Positions 56,433-57,988 of a stretch of 57,988 nt of DNA are shown here, piece after piece. The position numbers were made by a program, and so were the translations under genes. Origin of the DNA: an uncultured Campylobacterales bacterium (GTDB lineage: Bacteria > Campylobacterota > Campylobacteria > Campylobacterales > QNZT01); NCBI GenBank assembly GCA_964447385.1, contig CAYUSV010000001.1, positions 1 to 57,988 of the forward strand, given 5' to 3'. The notes below the pieces were generated by a model that searched no databases, was not told the DNA's origin, and worked only from the letters and a program-made list of their open reading frames with translations. Position 1 is the first letter of the stretch. Every line of letters starts with the position of its first letter.

Positions 56433-57627
56433 TATTTTCTATCTTTTCACTTTTTTCAACTAAATCTTTGATCCAAATAACATTTTGTTTCAATTCATCC
56501 TCTCCAATGATTGCACAATATCTTGCATCTGCTTTATCGGCTGCTTTTAGATGCGCTTTAAGAGTTTTGATACTATATCCCATGGTTACTTTATCGGTAT
56601 TTCTTTTTTTATCCGACTCTTTAAAAACTAACTCCAAAGCTTCATCACAAAGTGCGCCAAAGTAGTATCCTTGACGCTTCCTTAAAGGTAATTCAACCAT
56701 CTCCATAAGTCTCTCTATGCCGATAGCAAAACCGATAGCCGGAGTGCTTCTCCCACCCAAAAATTCAACCAATTTATCATATCGTCCGCCACCTGCAACG
56801 GCATTTTGTGCACCCAAATTGGAGCTAACAAACTCAAAAGCAGTTTTAGTATAATAATCAAGACCTCGCACTAGATTTTCATCAACTTCTACATCAATCT
56901 CTAAAGTGTTTAAAAGTTTTAAAATTTGTGTAAAATCATCTTCACAATTTTGACAAAAGTTTTGGTTTAATCTAGGTGCTGGTTTTAAAAGCTCTTGACA
57001 GTGAGAGTTTTTACAATCAAAAACTCTTATAGGGTTTGTCTTTTTTCGTCTTTGGCAATCTTGGCAAAGTCCATCAGTCATATCTAAAAAAGTAACCAAT
57101 TTCTCTTTAAATGGTGGCATGCAATCATCACAACCTAAAGAGTTCAGCTTTAGTGTGTAGGTTATTTTGAAAGTATCAAGAATTGTTTTAAGCATCAAGA
57201 TAATATTTACATCTTCAAGATAGCTATCTACCCCAAAACTCTCTACGCCAAATTGGTGAAATTGTCTAAGTCTGCCTTTTTGAGGTCTCTCATACCTAAA
57301 CATAGGTCCGTGATAATAAAATCTATGAATTCCACCAACACGATCAAGCTTGTTTTCGACAAAACTACGAACAACCCCCGCAGTCCCCTCTGGTCTCAAA
57401 CAGACATCATTTTCACCTTTGTCGATAAATTGATACATCTCTTTCCCAACTATATCGCTACTCTCTCCAACACTTCTTTTAAAAAGATTGGTATCTTCCA
57501 AGATAGGAGTCGCCACAAATTCAAATCCATATCTTTTTGCAATCTCTGTACACTTTTCAATGAGATAGGTATATTTTTCATTTTGTGATGGGAGTATATC
57601 CTTCATGCCCCTTAATGCTTTGATCAT
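56425..57627 (-). CDS. hisS: histidine--tRNA ligase
   Basis: 400 aa with MIKALRGMKDILP, class II motifs (LRPEGT, FRYERPQKGRLRQFHQ, GGGRYD). Confidence 0.95.
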   Translation of the reverse strand: MIKALRGMKDILPSQNEKYTYLIEKCTEIAKRYGFEFVATPILEDTNLFKRSVGESSDIVGKEMYQFIDKGENDVCLRPEGTAGVVRSFVENKLDRVGGIHRFYYHGPMFRYERPQKGRLRQFHQFGVESFGVDSYLEDVNIILMLKTILDTFKITYTLKLNSLGCDDCMPPFKEKLVTFLDMTDGLCQDCQRRKKTNPIRVFDCKNSHCQELLKPAPRLNQNFCQNCEDDFTQILKLLNTLEIDVEVDENLVRGLDYYTKTAFEFVSSNLGAQNAVAGGGRYDKLVEFLGGRSTPAIGFAIGIERLMEMVELPLRKRQGYYFGALCDEALELVFKESDKKRNTDKVTMGYSIKTLKAHLKAADKADARYCAIIGEDELKQNVIWIKDLVEKSEKIENIE

Positions 57628-57710
57628 CGTGCTAAAACCTTTGTATCTTGATAAAGTCTTAATTATTGCATAATCTGGGTTTAACTTAGATAAGCTCTAT
57701 ACAATTAAAA

Positions 57711-57988
57711 TCAAAATTGATACCGTATACCTAAAGCAAGAAAGTTTGAACCACCGCTAACATTGTTGATCAATTTATATATGCCTGAGCGATGATGAAT
57801 TCTTGTAAATAGCTCTAGCTTAGGATAGTTTGGATAATTAAAAGCAATTTCCACCATAAGATAATTTAAAAGTCTTGAAGTTTTTTGTTTTTCAAGCTCG
57901 ATTATAGGTTTTTTGGATGCATATGAGAGACCATCTCCTATCGCAAGACTAGTATCTAAAATATGATCCCATGGAAATTTAAGCCATC
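57711..57988 (-). CDS. C-terminal 91 codons of an outer-membrane beta-barrel protein (gene enters from the right edge)
   Basis: My translation of the reverse strand is ...WLKFPWDHILDTSLAIGDGLSYASKKPIIELEKQKTSRLLNYLMVEIAFNYPNYPKLELFTRIHHRSGIYKLINNVSGGSNFLALGIRYQF*. It has the terminal aromatic OMP signature. The HHxS...N block is reminiscent of lipid A deacylase (PagL)-like barrels, but I cannot confirm that. Confidence 0.5.
   Translation of the reverse strand, partial: WLKFPWDHILDTSLAIGDGLSYASKKPIIELEKQKTSRLLNYLMVEIAFNYPNYPKLELFTRIHHRSGIYKLINNVSGGSNFLALGIRYQF

Noticed and set aside
1-57988. Search for CRISPR arrays, tRNA/rRNA genes, IS elements, integrases, toxin-antitoxin pairs and known defence-system signatures
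   Set aside because: There are no regularly spaced direct repeats. No intergenic gap is long enough for a tRNA except 25986-26227, which holds the inverted repeat rather than a cloverleaf. No ORF has transposase, integrase, nuclease-helicase or TA-like features. Nothing to report.

Overview
This is an AT-rich, densely packed chromosomal segment. Its gene content and order look like a denitrifying, sulfur-oxidiser-type Campylobacterota (Sulfurimonas-like), but that taxonomic guess rests only on protein sequences. No rRNA, tRNA, CRISPR array, transposase, integrase or recognisable defence system was seen.

- **1-15.5 kb (minus strand), respiratory and accessory block.** It runs mtnK (5' part), a di-haem cytochrome c peroxidase, AraC plus an SDR, then a haem-d1 / cd1 nitrite reductase cluster (nirS, a NirN-like c-d1-c protein, nirJ, nirF, cobA/nirE). 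Next comes a norCB operon bracketed by two uncharacterised small membrane proteins. Last are a Cys-poor Crp/Fnr regulator and a B12-radical-SAM (DUF4080-like) gene.
- **15.5-24 kb (plus strand), a translationally coupled operon.** The order is dapE, pgi, gpgP, glycerate kinase, gpgS, a YcjM-like glucosylglycerate phosphorylase, and galU. This is a complete glucosylglycerate synthesis and recycling module.
- **24-58 kb, housekeeping genes.** rplU, ahpC, metK, fdx, ndk, rpmF-plsX-fabH, recO, gltBD, accD, thiE, rlmH, dksA-like, dus, ispB, hemA, proS, hemC, a UbiD-family gene, outer membrane proteins, an L,D-transpeptidase, and cysE-speA-hisS.

The most noteworthy non-standard signals are:
1. A textbook class-II TTGAT-N4-GTCAA promoter for the nor operon, next to a regulator carrying the E--SR helix.
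2. Two unannotated or uncharacterised small membrane ORFs inside the nor transcription unit, with a G10 tract and G/C-rich palindromes in the norB-nirS spacer.
3. A three-domain cyt c / d1 propeller / cyt c NirN-like protein, in a d1 cluster that lacks nirDLGH.
4. A perfect 27-bp inverted repeat (91-nt element) between the divergent ahpC and metK, which neither gene explains.
5. Two conserved genes whose conserved N-termini have no canonical start codon.

I found no convincing evidence of a wholly new multi-gene system. The candidates above are ranked honestly, and all need database or experimental checks.
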